A DNA stretch of 62,979 bases, filler included. It is 9 parts of 9 records of this genome, joined end to end, with 100 filler letters (N's around TTAATTAATTAA, not from the genome) between each part and the next. Parts side by side here need not be neighbours in the genome. Positions count along the whole stretch, not along the records: positions 37,027 to 49,795 come from SRR31156797_52830; positions 49,896 to 55,344 come from SRR31156797_52842; positions 55,445 to 62,979 come from SRR31156797_52843; 6 more parts are not named here. One strand, 5' to 3'. Position 1 is the first letter of the stretch. Every line of letters begins with the position of its first letter. A program made the position numbers and the translations under genes. The notes below the pieces were generated by a model. That model saw only the letters and a program-made list of their open reading frames with translations, was not told the origin of the DNA and did no database searches. Of this stretch, positions 46,239 through 55,445 are shown one piece after another.

Positions 46239-48701
46239 GTGGTGAATAAGTTAACTTCCCCTTTTTCAATTCTTTTAATGTGTTTTTTGTTTTACGCCTG
46301 TGCACCTTCAAACCTGGAGACGACAGGAAACTATACGGTTGAGCAAACTTCAAATCTGGACATGGCCAAAGAACTGGTTATTAATGGAGAATATAAAAAC
46401 GCCCTTGCGGAATATCGAAGAGTATATGCAGGGTTTCAACGTAACAGTAATGAAACCGGAATGCTTTTTTGTCTGGAAAAGATCGGTTGGTTATACAGGG
46501 AGACCGGCGCCTATGAAGAAGCGCTGAGAGCATTTAACGAAGCATATGAACTGGGTGCGCGTCTTAATGGGGATGCGGCTGAAATTGACGCTCATATCGG
46601 GGATGTTTACCAGTTTTCGGGAGATGTTGAAAAAGCTGAAGAACACTATCGCCGGGCCATTGAGACTCTGAAGGATTATGAGTTCCCAACATCCTATCTC
46701 TTTCCTCCGGGTAAAAAGGAACTTTCGGAATATTTCAGAAAAAATGCGGCCATTATTCATGCACGGGATTTACTTGGCGTTATGTACTATTTTAAAGGCG
46801 ACTATGAAGGAGCACTCGAAAATCTAGTGGTCGCGGAAGAACTTATTAAAAAGATAGACTCGGTTGTGAACCATGGCTTATATGGAAAATTCGTCAAACT
46901 GGACAGTGATTTTCAGGAAGGAATAGGATATTGCCGAACCACGCTGGGGGCTACTTACGGGCGCTTGGGGCGTTTTGATGAGGCCGGCGTCCTTTTTAAT
47001 CTGGGTAGGGAAGCATTTGAAAAAGGAGGGCGCAGATTCGGCCTGTTATTCAACAAGGCCTTGCAGTTAGACATTGAAATATATCGCCCTGGCGCTGTTA
47101 TCGATCAACAGGAGTTAAGCCGGTTTGAAGAAGTTCTCGAAGAAGCCCGGGGTATAGGGGCTCTGGATATTACCTGGCGGTTAAAAGCGGGCGTAGGGGA
47201 TTATTTTGTCCGGAGCAAGGATTATCGCAAGGCTAAAAAGTATTTGGCCGAAGCCATAGACCTGTTGGAAAATACAAGGGCAGGCATTCGTGAAGACGCC
47301 ATGAGGAAAATGTTCGCGGCTTCAACATCCGTGCAGCAGGTATATGGCCTGATGATCGAAACATGTTTTGCTCTTGGTGAATATTCCGCGGGATTTGATT
47401 ACATGGAAAGGGCTAAGGCCAGGAGCTTTCTGGATATTCTGGCGGGGCGTTCCGTAAAGGTCAAGAACGGAGTTAATCAGGAATTGGCGGCCAGGGAAAA
47501 GGACGTCAGGCAAAGAATCGAGGTTTTGCAGAGAAAACTTCGGGCACAGGGGGAACAGGGTAGAAGTGAGACAAACGAAAAACTGGAAAAGCTGTTGGCT
47601 GAATGGCAAGGGATAGTTGAGAAAATAAAAAAACAGGATCTGGAGTTTGCATCGACCAGGGCGACAGCTACAGCGCCGATCAAGGATATTATCTCCAATA
47701 TTAAGAAAAAAGAAGCGTTGATTTCGTATTTTACGTCGGAAGATAAAACCTTCATCTGGGTTGTGAAAGGCGCAAGAATAAGCGCGGCCGTATCAGAGGT
47801 CAAGGCGTTTGAAATAAGCGGTATGACCACCGAGTTCCGTAGGGCTATAACGTCTTTAAATAAAAGTAAAATAAAGGTGTTAGGAAACAGGTTGTCCGAA
47901 ATCCTGATCACTCCCGTCGAAAGTGAACTTGCAGATGTCGACAGCTTGTACATTGTGCCTTATCAACCGCTGCATTACCTTCCTTTTTCCTGCCTGCCCC
48001 TTAAAACCAAGGGCGCAATGATTGACAAATTTACTCTCAGCTTTTTACCCAACGCTTCAAGCCTGTTTTACCTGACCGGAAAAGCCTCGCAATCCGGAAG
48101 AGGAGCCGGCATACTCGGCAATCCCGAACGACCGGAGCCCGGCGCCTCTTTGAAATTTGCGGAAATCGAGGCGAAGGCAATTGCTGAGATTATTCCTTCG
48201 TCGAGGATTCTTGTCGGATCGGATGCCACTGAAACATCGGTCAAGGAAATCCGGGCGTCCGGTTTTTCAATTCTGCATATCGCGGCGCACGGGGTCTATG
48301 ATCGGAAAAAGCCGCTTGATTCAGCATTGCTATTGGCGGCGGACGACCGGAATGATGGTAATTTGAAAACCGGAGAAGTCTTCAACCTGGATTTCATACC
48401 AGGCCTGGTAGTGTTGTCCGCCTGCGAATCCGGTATCGGGAAAGTGCAGGGCGGCGGAGAAGTCCAGAGCATGAACAGGGCTTTTCTATATGCCGGCGCC
48501 GAAGGCGTAACGGCGAGCTTATGGAACGTGGCGGACAAAACCACGTACGAATTGATGAAGATATTCTATTTGAAGCTTAAAGACATGACGCCGGCGGAAG
48601 CGCTCCGTGAAGCCCAATTGAAAATCAGGCGGAAGTATCCGGATCCTTTTTATTGGGCGCCGTTTTATTTTACCGGCGGAGTTTATAAAAATGGTTATTG
48701 A
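46239..48701 (+). CDS. TPR-CHAT (caspase-like peptidase) lipoprotein
   Basis: Lipobox FYAC; TPR repeats; ERAKARSF; catalytic LHIAAHG and VLSACESG; ASLWNV; PFYWAPF. Confidence 0.9.
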   Translation: MVNKLTSPFSILLMCFLFYACAPSNLETTGNYTVEQTSNLDMAKELVINGEYKNALAEYRRVYAGFQRNSNETGMLFCLEKIGWLYRETGAYEEALRAFNEAYELGARLNGDAAEIDAHIGDVYQFSGDVEKAEEHYRRAIETLKDYEFPTSYLFPPGKKELSEYFRKNAAIIHARDLLGVMYYFKGDYEGALENLVVAEELIKKIDSVVNHGLYGKFVKLDSDFQEGIGYCRTTLGATYGRLGRFDEAGVLFNLGREAFEKGGRRFGLLFNKALQLDIEIYRPGAVIDQQELSRFEEVLEEARGIGALDITWRLKAGVGDYFVRSKDYRKAKKYLAEAIDLLENTRAGIREDAMRKMFAASTSVQQVYGLMIETCFALGEYSAGFDYMERAKARSFLDILAGRSVKVKNGVNQELAAREKDVRQRIEVLQRKLRAQGEQGRSETNEKLEKLLAEWQGIVEKIKKQDLEFASTRATATAPIKDIISNIKKKEALISYFTSEDKTFIWVVKGARISAAVSEVKAFEISGMTTEFRRAITSLNKSKIKVLGNRLSEILITPVESELADVDSLYIVPYQPLHYLPFSCLPLKTKGAMIDKFTLSFLPNASSLFYLTGKASQSGRGAGILGNPERPEPGASLKFAEIEAKAIAEIIPSSRILVGSDATETSVKEIRASGFSILHIAAHGVYDRKKPLDSALLLAADDRNDGNLKTGEVFNLDFIPGLVVLSACESGIGKVQGGGEVQSMNRAFLYAGAEGVTASLWNVADKTTYELMKIFYLKLKDMTPAEALREAQLKIRRKYPDPFYWAPFYFTGGVYKNGY

Positions 48702-48817
48702 TATATGACGCAGGGTCATAAAAATTATTATATATTGATTGCCCGTCGCGATGGGACTTCTTATAATCCTGTGCGGCTGAAAACATATGATTAAATTATC
48801 AGGCGGTATGTAGGTAA

Positions 48818-49795
48818 ATGAAAATTATTGAAGCTCGCACCTGGGTTGAAAACCTGGAACTGACCAGACCTTACACCATAGCCTACCAGACTTACGATTC
48901 CGTGGAAAACATCTTTGTGGAATTAAAGACTGATACAGGATTGACAGGAGTAGGTATTGCTTCTCCGGCAGAGGAAGTTACGGGAGAAGGAATCAGCCAA
49001 TGTAAAACTGCGCTTGAAACCAGGCTTGAGCAATTGGTTGTCGGAGAAGATATCCGTTGTATAAACAGGATATTAAGGAATATTGAAGCGGAGATGCCGG
49101 CCGCTCCTTCGGCTGCTGCCGCTATTGACATAGCCTTGCACGATCTATGGGGCCGGTATTTGGGCATGCCCTTGGCGGAATTATTTGGGCGTTATCATGA
49201 TTCCCTGCCGACATCCATCACCATTGGCATAAAATCTGTGGATGAGACGGTTGAAGAGGCCCTGGAATATAAAGGGCGGGGCTTTTCTATTTTAAAAGTT
49301 AAAATCGGGATCAGCCTGGATGAAGATATCGAGCGATTGTATAAAATCAGGGAAAAACTCGGGCGGGAAATATTAATCCGGGTGGACGCCAATCAGGGAT
49401 ATTCCCTGGATGAATACCGGAAATTTTTTGAGAAGACCGCGGCTGTGGATCTTGAGTTCATTGAGCAGCCCCTGGTCGCCGGCGATCTGGACGGTATGCG
49501 GTCTCTTCCGGAAAACATAAGGAAGATTACGGCCGCGGATGAAAGCCTGCTTGACGTATGCGACGCCCTGACCTGTCTTGAACATCCGAAGCCTTTCGGC
49601 ATTTTTAATATCAAGCTGATGAAATGCGGCGGCGTTGCCCCTGGTATGAAGATTGCCGAGATAGCACGTTATGCCGGCATCGACCTGATGTGGGGCTGCA
49701 TGGATGAAAGCATTGTCGGTATTGCCGCTGCTCTGCATGCGGCCCTGGCTTCTCCGGCCACTCGATACCTGGACCTGGACGGCAGCCTGGATCTG
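48818..49795 (+). CDS. Dipeptide epimerase, enolase superfamily (3'-truncated)
   Basis: LKVKIG, RVDANQG, FIEQP, AADES, NIKLMKCGG and DLDG motifs. Confidence 0.9.
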
Positions 49796-49895
49796 NNNNN
49801 NNNNNNNNNNNNNNNNNNNNNNNNNNNNNNNNNNNNNNNTTAATTAATTAANNNNNNNNNNNNNNNNNNNNNNNNNNNNNNNNNNNNNNNNNNNN

Positions 49896-50329
49896 TGGGC
49901 GTTCATGATGTCGTTGATGTCGCCGGTGAGTCCCAGGGAGAATTCGGTCATGGGGATCAAAAGTGAGTTGCCGCCGCCGGCAGCTGTCCCTTTCACGTTC
50001 ATGGTGGGGCCGCCGGAGGGTTGCCGGAGAGCGCCGCCCACGTTAACGCCGCGCATTCCCAGACCTTCCATGAGGCCGCAGGACGTGGTGCTTTTGCCTT
50101 CGCCCAGGGGCGTGGGGGTAATGGCCGTCACTTCAATGTACTTGCCATCGGGTTTATCCTGGAGACGATCGATGATTTTCAAAAAATCCAGCTTGGCCAG
50201 CCTTCCCATGGGAAGCATTTCTTCCGGCTCAAGGCCCAATTTATCCCGCCATTCATCAGGCGTCGGCATGTTTTTCTCGGCAGCTTCGGAAATCTGCCAA
50301 TCCGCCATTTCTACCGCATTGTAAGCCAT
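49896..50329 (-). CDS. fhs: Formate--tetrahydrofolate ligase (3'-truncated)
   Basis: [33 protein letters not shown] and LTGDI motifs; GGAGG RBS. Confidence 0.95.
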
Positions 50330-50690
50330 TCCTTTAATCCTCCTTAATGGTTATGGTGTTTTGTATTTAGGTTCGGAAACAAAATCCGCCCCAAGTGAAC
50401 GTTTAAACATTTAAAATGGATCAGAAACTTTCTTCAGAATCTCTGCCTATCACAAAAAAAAAAGGCCGTCAAGTGAGGTTTTTCACAAAGTCAACAATTC
50501 CTTGAAGGAAAATGAACCACCCATATATTGATGGGAAGGGGTTCTTTTTCTAGAGGATTCCCCTATGAAATAGGTCCACATTATAGAATTATGGTGTATG
50601 GAAACCCATTGACAGGTGCTTCCGCGAATGGTATCGGCTAATCCAATTTGTTTCAAAAATTTGAGAGAAAAGAAATTGAAGAAAACCAGC

Positions 50691-51227
50691 ATGTCACTAC
50701 GGGGCATGATTTATGCCTCCCTTTTCGGGGCCGGAACCGCAGCCGGCGCCTACATCATCATCCCCATCCCGCCGGTTCCCATTACCCTCCAGACCCTTTT
50801 TGCGGGCCTGGCAGGGGCACTTCTGGGGGCACGGCTGGGGGCTTTGAGCCAGGTCATATATCTATTGATCGGAATCATGGGTCTTCCCGTATTCGCGGGG
50901 GGAAAAGCGGGACTGGGGGTTTTGTTCGGCCCCACCGGCGGTTATCTGGTGGGTTTTGTGGCCGGCGCCTGGGTCATCGGCGCAATGATGAATATGAAAA
51001 AAGCCCCGGGATTTGCCTGGACTGCCGCCGCCCTTGTTGCGGGAACCGCTATGATTTATCTTTTCGGTGTGGCCCAACTTTGCCTGGTGGCCAAGATTTC
51101 AGTGAATAAAGCCATCTCCGTAGGGGTATTACCGTTTCTCATAGGGGATTTTGTCAAAATTCTGGCGGCGGCCTATGTGGTGAAGCGGGTCAGACCCAGC
51201 CTCACGATCCGGGGACCTGTCGCATGA
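50691..51227 (+). CDS. bioY: Biotin ECF S-component BioY
   Basis: PVPITLQT, GLPVFAGG, GPTGGYLVGF and PFLIGD motifs; start could be the TTG at 50676. Confidence 0.92.
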   Translation: MSLRGMIYASLFGAGTAAGAYIIIPIPPVPITLQTLFAGLAGALLGARLGALSQVIYLLIGIMGLPVFAGGKAGLGVLFGPTGGYLVGFVAGAWVIGAMMNMKKAPGFAWTAAALVAGTAMIYLFGVAQLCLVAKISVNKAISVGVLPFLIGDFVKILAAAYVVKRVRPSLTIRGPVA

Positions 51228-52072
51228 TCCGGGTTGAAAACCTTTTCTACACCTATGATGGTGAGGAAACACCGGCTCTCAAGGGAATTACCGTGGAAAT
51301 TCCCCGAGGAATTCACCTGGGCATCATCGGCCCAAACGGTTGTGGAAAGACCACCTTTGTGAGACACCTCAACGGTCTTCTGCCCACGACCCGTGGAGAC
51401 ATCCGGGTGGAAGGGATGAGTATCAAGGACCCGTCCGATCTTTATCGTATCCGGCAACTGGTGGGGATGGTGTTTCAAAACCCGGACAACCAGATTGTGG
51501 GAATGACCGTCGAGGAAGATGTTGCTTTCGGACCCGGGAACTTGAGATTGCCCGCCGAAGAAATAGTCCGGCGGGTTCGGGAAGCCCTTGCACAGGTAGG
51601 GCTTGAATCCTATGGGGATAAAGCTCCCCACGCCCTGTCAAATGGTGAAAAACAGCTGGTGTGCATCGCCGGCGTTCTGGCCATGAAACCCCGGTACATT
51701 ATCCTGGATGAACCCACCGCATACCTGGACCCTTCCGGACGGAAAATGGTCCTTGAGGTGGTGAAAAAACTTCACACCCGAGGCATCACCATTGTCCACA
51801 TTACCCACCATATGGATGAAATTGTCGGCGCCGACCGTATTCTGGTGATGGACCGGGGCTGCATGGTCATGAGCGAAAAACCAGGGGTTGTTTTTTCAAA
51901 AGTGGCCTTGCTCAAAGAAGTGGGTCTCGACGTACCGGAAATGACCGAACTCATGTGGCGACTTCAAAAGATGGGAAATCCGGTTCGCACGGATGTACTG
52001 ACATTGGAGGAGGCCTGCCGGGAATTGAATGCATGTTTGACTCACGCAAAGCCGCAAAATCCCAAAGGGTAG
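51224..52072 (+). CDS. ECF transporter ATPase (EcfA/BioM)
   Basis: GPNGCGKTT, VFQNPDNQ, LSNGEKQ and LDEPT motifs. Confidence 0.92.
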   Translation: MIRVENLFYTYDGEETPALKGITVEIPRGIHLGIIGPNGCGKTTFVRHLNGLLPTTRGDIRVEGMSIKDPSDLYRIRQLVGMVFQNPDNQIVGMTVEEDVAFGPGNLRLPAEEIVRRVREALAQVGLESYGDKAPHALSNGEKQLVCIAGVLAMKPRYIILDEPTAYLDPSGRKMVLEVVKKLHTRGITIVHITHHMDEIVGADRILVMDRGCMVMSEKPGVVFSKVALLKEVGLDVPEMTELMWRLQKMGNPVRTDVLTLEEACRELNACLTHAKPQNPKG

Positions 52073-52082
52073 GAAATGGTTT

Positions 52083-52889
52083 ATGGTGCATCTGGGTCAA
52101 TATATTCCGCGCTCATCCATCATCCACGGACTGGACCCCCGGGTGAAACTGGCCGCCGCCGTTATCCTGAGCATTGCGATTTTGAAAGGGGATATGGTGA
52201 CCCAGTGCTGGATCACCGCTTTCCTGGTGGTACTTGTCCCCACCAGCCGTCTGAACCCGGGTCACATTCGAGCAGCCTTTCGCCCCATGCTTTTTTTCCT
52301 GGCCCTCCTTTTTTTTCTTCATCTCCTGTTTACAAAAGGGACGCCCATTCCACCCTTTCCCCCGTGGCGGGTTACCATCACCTACGAGGGCCTCCATACC
52401 GGGGCTTTCGTCATCTGGCAGTTTTTACTGCTCATTTTGAGCGCTTCGATTCTGACCATGAGCACTTCTCCCGGCGAACTCATCAGCGGCATTGAAAGGC
52501 TCCTGCGACCCCTCAAGCGTTTAGGGGTGCCTTCCCACGATCTGGCCATGATGATATCCATGGCACTGCGGTTTGTACCCACCATACTGGATGAACTGGA
52601 GAGGATCAGGGAGGCCCAGACAGCCCGGGGAGCCCGCTTCAAAACCGGTCCCGTTTTACAACGGATGAAGGCCACTGCATCCTTGTTGATACCGCTGATC
52701 CAAAGCATTGTGAGGCGGGCTGACGCACTGGCAATGGCCATGGAGAGTCGTGGATACAACCGGGGGCCTCGAACCCATATGCGTGAACTGCGAATGGGTC
52801 GAAATGATTATCTGGCCATGCTCGTATTCGCCTGTGCCATGGGCATGGAAGTGGGCGGGCGTTATGTACTGAGCAATGGATTTGGATAG
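52083..52889 (+). CDS. ECF transporter T component (EcfT/BioN)
   Basis: LDPRVK, ALRFVP, AQTARG and AMESRGY motifs. Confidence 0.92.
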   Translation: MVHLGQYIPRSSIIHGLDPRVKLAAAVILSIAILKGDMVTQCWITAFLVVLVPTSRLNPGHIRAAFRPMLFFLALLFFLHLLFTKGTPIPPFPPWRVTITYEGLHTGAFVIWQFLLLILSASILTMSTSPGELISGIERLLRPLKRLGVPSHDLAMMISMALRFVPTILDELERIREAQTARGARFKTGPVLQRMKATASLLIPLIQSIVRRADALAMAMESRGYNRGPRTHMRELRMGRNDYLAMLVFACAMGMEVGGRYVLSNGFG

Positions 52890-52891
52890 AA

Positions 52892-53965
52892 TCAAACTTT
52901 TTTCTTGAAATAACGTTTTACTTTTTTCAGGGAAACAGGCTCCCAGCTCTTGAGGAATTTCTCCTTGGCGGCCATGATGCGATCGACCGATTCATGGAGC
53001 CTTGAAAGCAACGCTTCATTTCTAAGCAGCCGGTTTCTCACCCTGTCCATACTCTCCCGCACAACCCCCTGGTCTTCGCAGATGAGCAAGATATCATTGC
53101 CCGCTTCAAAAGCCCTTACCGCTCCCTCGGCCACACCCGGATCCTTCTTGATGGCCCCCATTTCCAGATCATCGGTTATGATCAATCCTTGAAACCCCAG
53201 CCGTTCCCGCAGCGATTCCGTGATGATCCCATAAGACAGGGTGGCCGGATGATGGGGATCCAACCCTCGGTAAACGGCATGGGACGTCATGATGGCGGAA
53301 ACCCCCTCCCCAATGGCATCCTGAAATGGCGGCAGGTTGATGGTTTCAATCTCCTGCTGATCCGCTTCGATGGTGGGAAGATGCTCATGGGGATCCAGGC
53401 TCGCCTTTCCCAGGCCGGGAAAGTGTTTGCCCACCGCCATGACGCCGTTTTCCTGAAGCGCGTTTACCACAATCCGTCCCAGACGTCCCACCAGGCCCGG
53501 ATCCTCCCCGAACATTCGACCTTGAAGGTGTTGATCCACCAGCCCTCCGGGAACATCCAGTACCGGCGCCATATTCATGTTCAGACCCACCAGGCGCATC
53601 TCCCTTGCCGTTACCCGGCCGAAACGGGCGGCCATGTCGTGGGAATCGGGTCCATGGCCGATGGCGCTGTTTCCGGGGAAACGGGTGAAAGGTTCCCGCA
53701 GGCGGGCCACGCGCCCCCCTTCCTGGTCCACGGCCAGAAAAAGGGGAACACCATGGTATTTTAAAGCGGTTTCCTGAAGATCGTTCGTAAGTGCCGCCAC
53801 TTGAAGGGGATCTTCGATATTCCGCTTAAACAGAATAACCCCGCCCAGGCCCCGCTCTCGAATCAGTGAGATGGTCCCCGCATCCAGACGGGGCCCTGGC
53901 ATACCGGCCATAAACAGTCGGCCCACATGGTCGTGAAGTTCTGAAAGCTCAAGGGTGGAATGCAT
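52892..53965 (-). CDS. nagZ: Beta-N-acetylhexosaminidase, GH3
   Basis: VDQEGGRVAR, KHFPGLG, DPH and ITDDLEM motifs; likely start MHSTLEL at 53965. Confidence 0.9.
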   Translation of the reverse strand: MHSTLELSELHDHVGRLFMAGMPGPRLDAGTISLIRERGLGGVILFKRNIEDPLQVAALTNDLQETALKYHGVPLFLAVDQEGGRVARLREPFTRFPGNSAIGHGPDSHDMAARFGRVTAREMRLVGLNMNMAPVLDVPGGLVDQHLQGRMFGEDPGLVGRLGRIVVNALQENGVMAVGKHFPGLGKASLDPHEHLPTIEADQQEIETINLPPFQDAIGEGVSAIMTSHAVYRGLDPHHPATLSYGIITESLRERLGFQGLIITDDLEMGAIKKDPGVAEGAVRAFEAGNDILLICEDQGVVRESMDRVRNRLLRNEALLSRLHESVDRIMAAKEKFLKSWEPVSLKKVKRYFKKKV

Positions 53966-53995
53966 GGACGGTCCTTTCTTTTCATGAAAACGGCA

Positions 53996-54022
53996 TTGAC
54001 ATGATCCTTCATCATGTATAAT
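53996..54022 (+). promoter_or_regulatory. Consensus -35/-10 with a short spacer containing an inverted repeat
   Basis: TTGACA-N15-TATAAT with ACATGAT-N5-ATCATGT inside it. Confidence 0.5.
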
Positions 54023-54056
54023 CAGTAACAAACAAATGCAATGGAAAAATAGGCCC

Positions 54057-54962
54057 ATGAAAGCAATGATTCTGGCAGCCGGTCTCGGCACCCGGCTTGA
54101 GCCCCTTACATCCAACAGGCCCAAACCCCTTGTCCCCGTGGGAAATCGGCCCATCATCCACCACACCATCACCTGGTTGAAGTCCCACGGGGTGGATGAG
54201 ATTGTGGTGAACGCCCACCATCATCGAAACCAGATTCGAGATTACCTGGACGGGGGACGCCCTTTTGGAATGAAGATTCATATCAGTGAGGAATCGGAGA
54301 TCCTGGGCACGGGTGGCGGCATCCGGAAAACCCGTTGGTTCTGGGACAACGAGCCTTTTGTTGTGGTCAACGGAGACATCCTGACGGACATCGATCTCTC
54401 CATGGTCTACCGGGCCCATCGGGAAAGGGGCGAATTGGTGACCCTGGTACTTCATGATTTTGCGCCGTTTAACCAGATCAAACTCAACCGCCAAATGGAC
54501 ATTCTAGATATCAATCCTAATCCGGCAGCGGGACGGCTGGCCTTTACGGGCATTCATATTATGAACCTTCCGGTGCTGGACCATATTCCACCGAATCGCT
54601 TTTTCTGTATTCTGGAATGTTACCGTGCCCTCATCGGGTTGGGCCGCCCCCTGCGGGGACATTTGGTGGAAAACCATTACTGGCGGGATGCGGGGACCAT
54701 TGAAAGCTATATTGAGGCCAACCGGGAAACATTGAACGGCAGCATCCCTTTCCTGATAGGCCAAAGATGCCGGATTCATGACAAGTCCCGGCTGAAAGAC
54801 TGGGCCGTTCTGGGCGATGGCGTCTCTCTGGAGAAAGGCGCACAAATTACCCGTTCAATTTTATGGGGGAATGTCGCGGTCAAAGAAAACGTCCGGGTCA
54901 TCGACAGTATCGTTACTACGAAAGGCGAGGTGACGGAAGACCGGGTGGGGGTCATGGGATAA
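54057..54962 (+). CDS. murU: MurNAc-alpha-1-phosphate uridylyltransferase-like nucleotidyltransferase
   Basis: MKAMILAAGLGTRL, PKPL, LGTGGG, NGD and WRDAGT motifs; lies between nagZ and an amgK-like gene. Confidence 0.75.
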   Translation: MKAMILAAGLGTRLEPLTSNRPKPLVPVGNRPIIHHTITWLKSHGVDEIVVNAHHHRNQIRDYLDGGRPFGMKIHISEESEILGTGGGIRKTRWFWDNEPFVVVNGDILTDIDLSMVYRAHRERGELVTLVLHDFAPFNQIKLNRQMDILDINPNPAAGRLAFTGIHIMNLPVLDHIPPNRFFCILECYRALIGLGRPLRGHLVENHYWRDAGTIESYIEANRETLNGSIPFLIGQRCRIHDKSRLKDWAVLGDGVSLEKGAQITRSILWGNVAVKENVRVIDSIVTTKGEVTEDRVGVMG

Positions 54963-54982
54963 CCGGCATTCGGAACAGACTT

Positions 54983-55344
54983 ATGGATCATCAATTCCAA
55001 CAAAAAATCAGGGGCTTTTTTAAGAAGGCATACCCCGGGGAAAAAGGGGCTTGTTTTGATCAGCTGCCCGGTGACGGTTCACACCGTGCTTTCTGGCGTA
55101 TCAGCTATCCGGAATCAAAGCGATCGTTCATTGCCATGGCCAATCCCCCGAAGACGGCAGCCCGGGAACGGGAAAACAGGGCTTACCTCATGATTGCCCG
55201 CCACCTTCAACAAAAAGGGATTCCCCTGCCCGTTATTCATCAATATGACCTTTCTGAGGGATGGTTTATTATGGAAGATCTGGGGTCCGCGAACCTTCAG
55301 GACGTGGTCCTGTCGGGCAAAGACCCTGTCCCCGTTTATCATGA
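54983..55344 (+). CDS. amgK: AmgK-like anomeric MurNAc/GlcNAc kinase (3'-truncated)
   Basis: LPGDGSHRAFWR and MEDLG motifs; peptidoglycan-recycling context. Confidence 0.75.
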
Positions 55345-55445
55345 NNNNNNNNNNNNNNNNNNNNNNNNNNNNNNNNNNNNNNNNNNNNTTAATTAATTAA
55401 NNNNNNNNNNNNNNNNNNNNNNNNNNNNNNNNNNNNNNNNNNNNG

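Noticed and set aside
6214-55444. TTAATTAATTAA repeated eight times, and ORFs running into X residues
   Set aside because: Synthetic joining linker; not a biological repeat or CRISPR, and ORF ends there are artefacts
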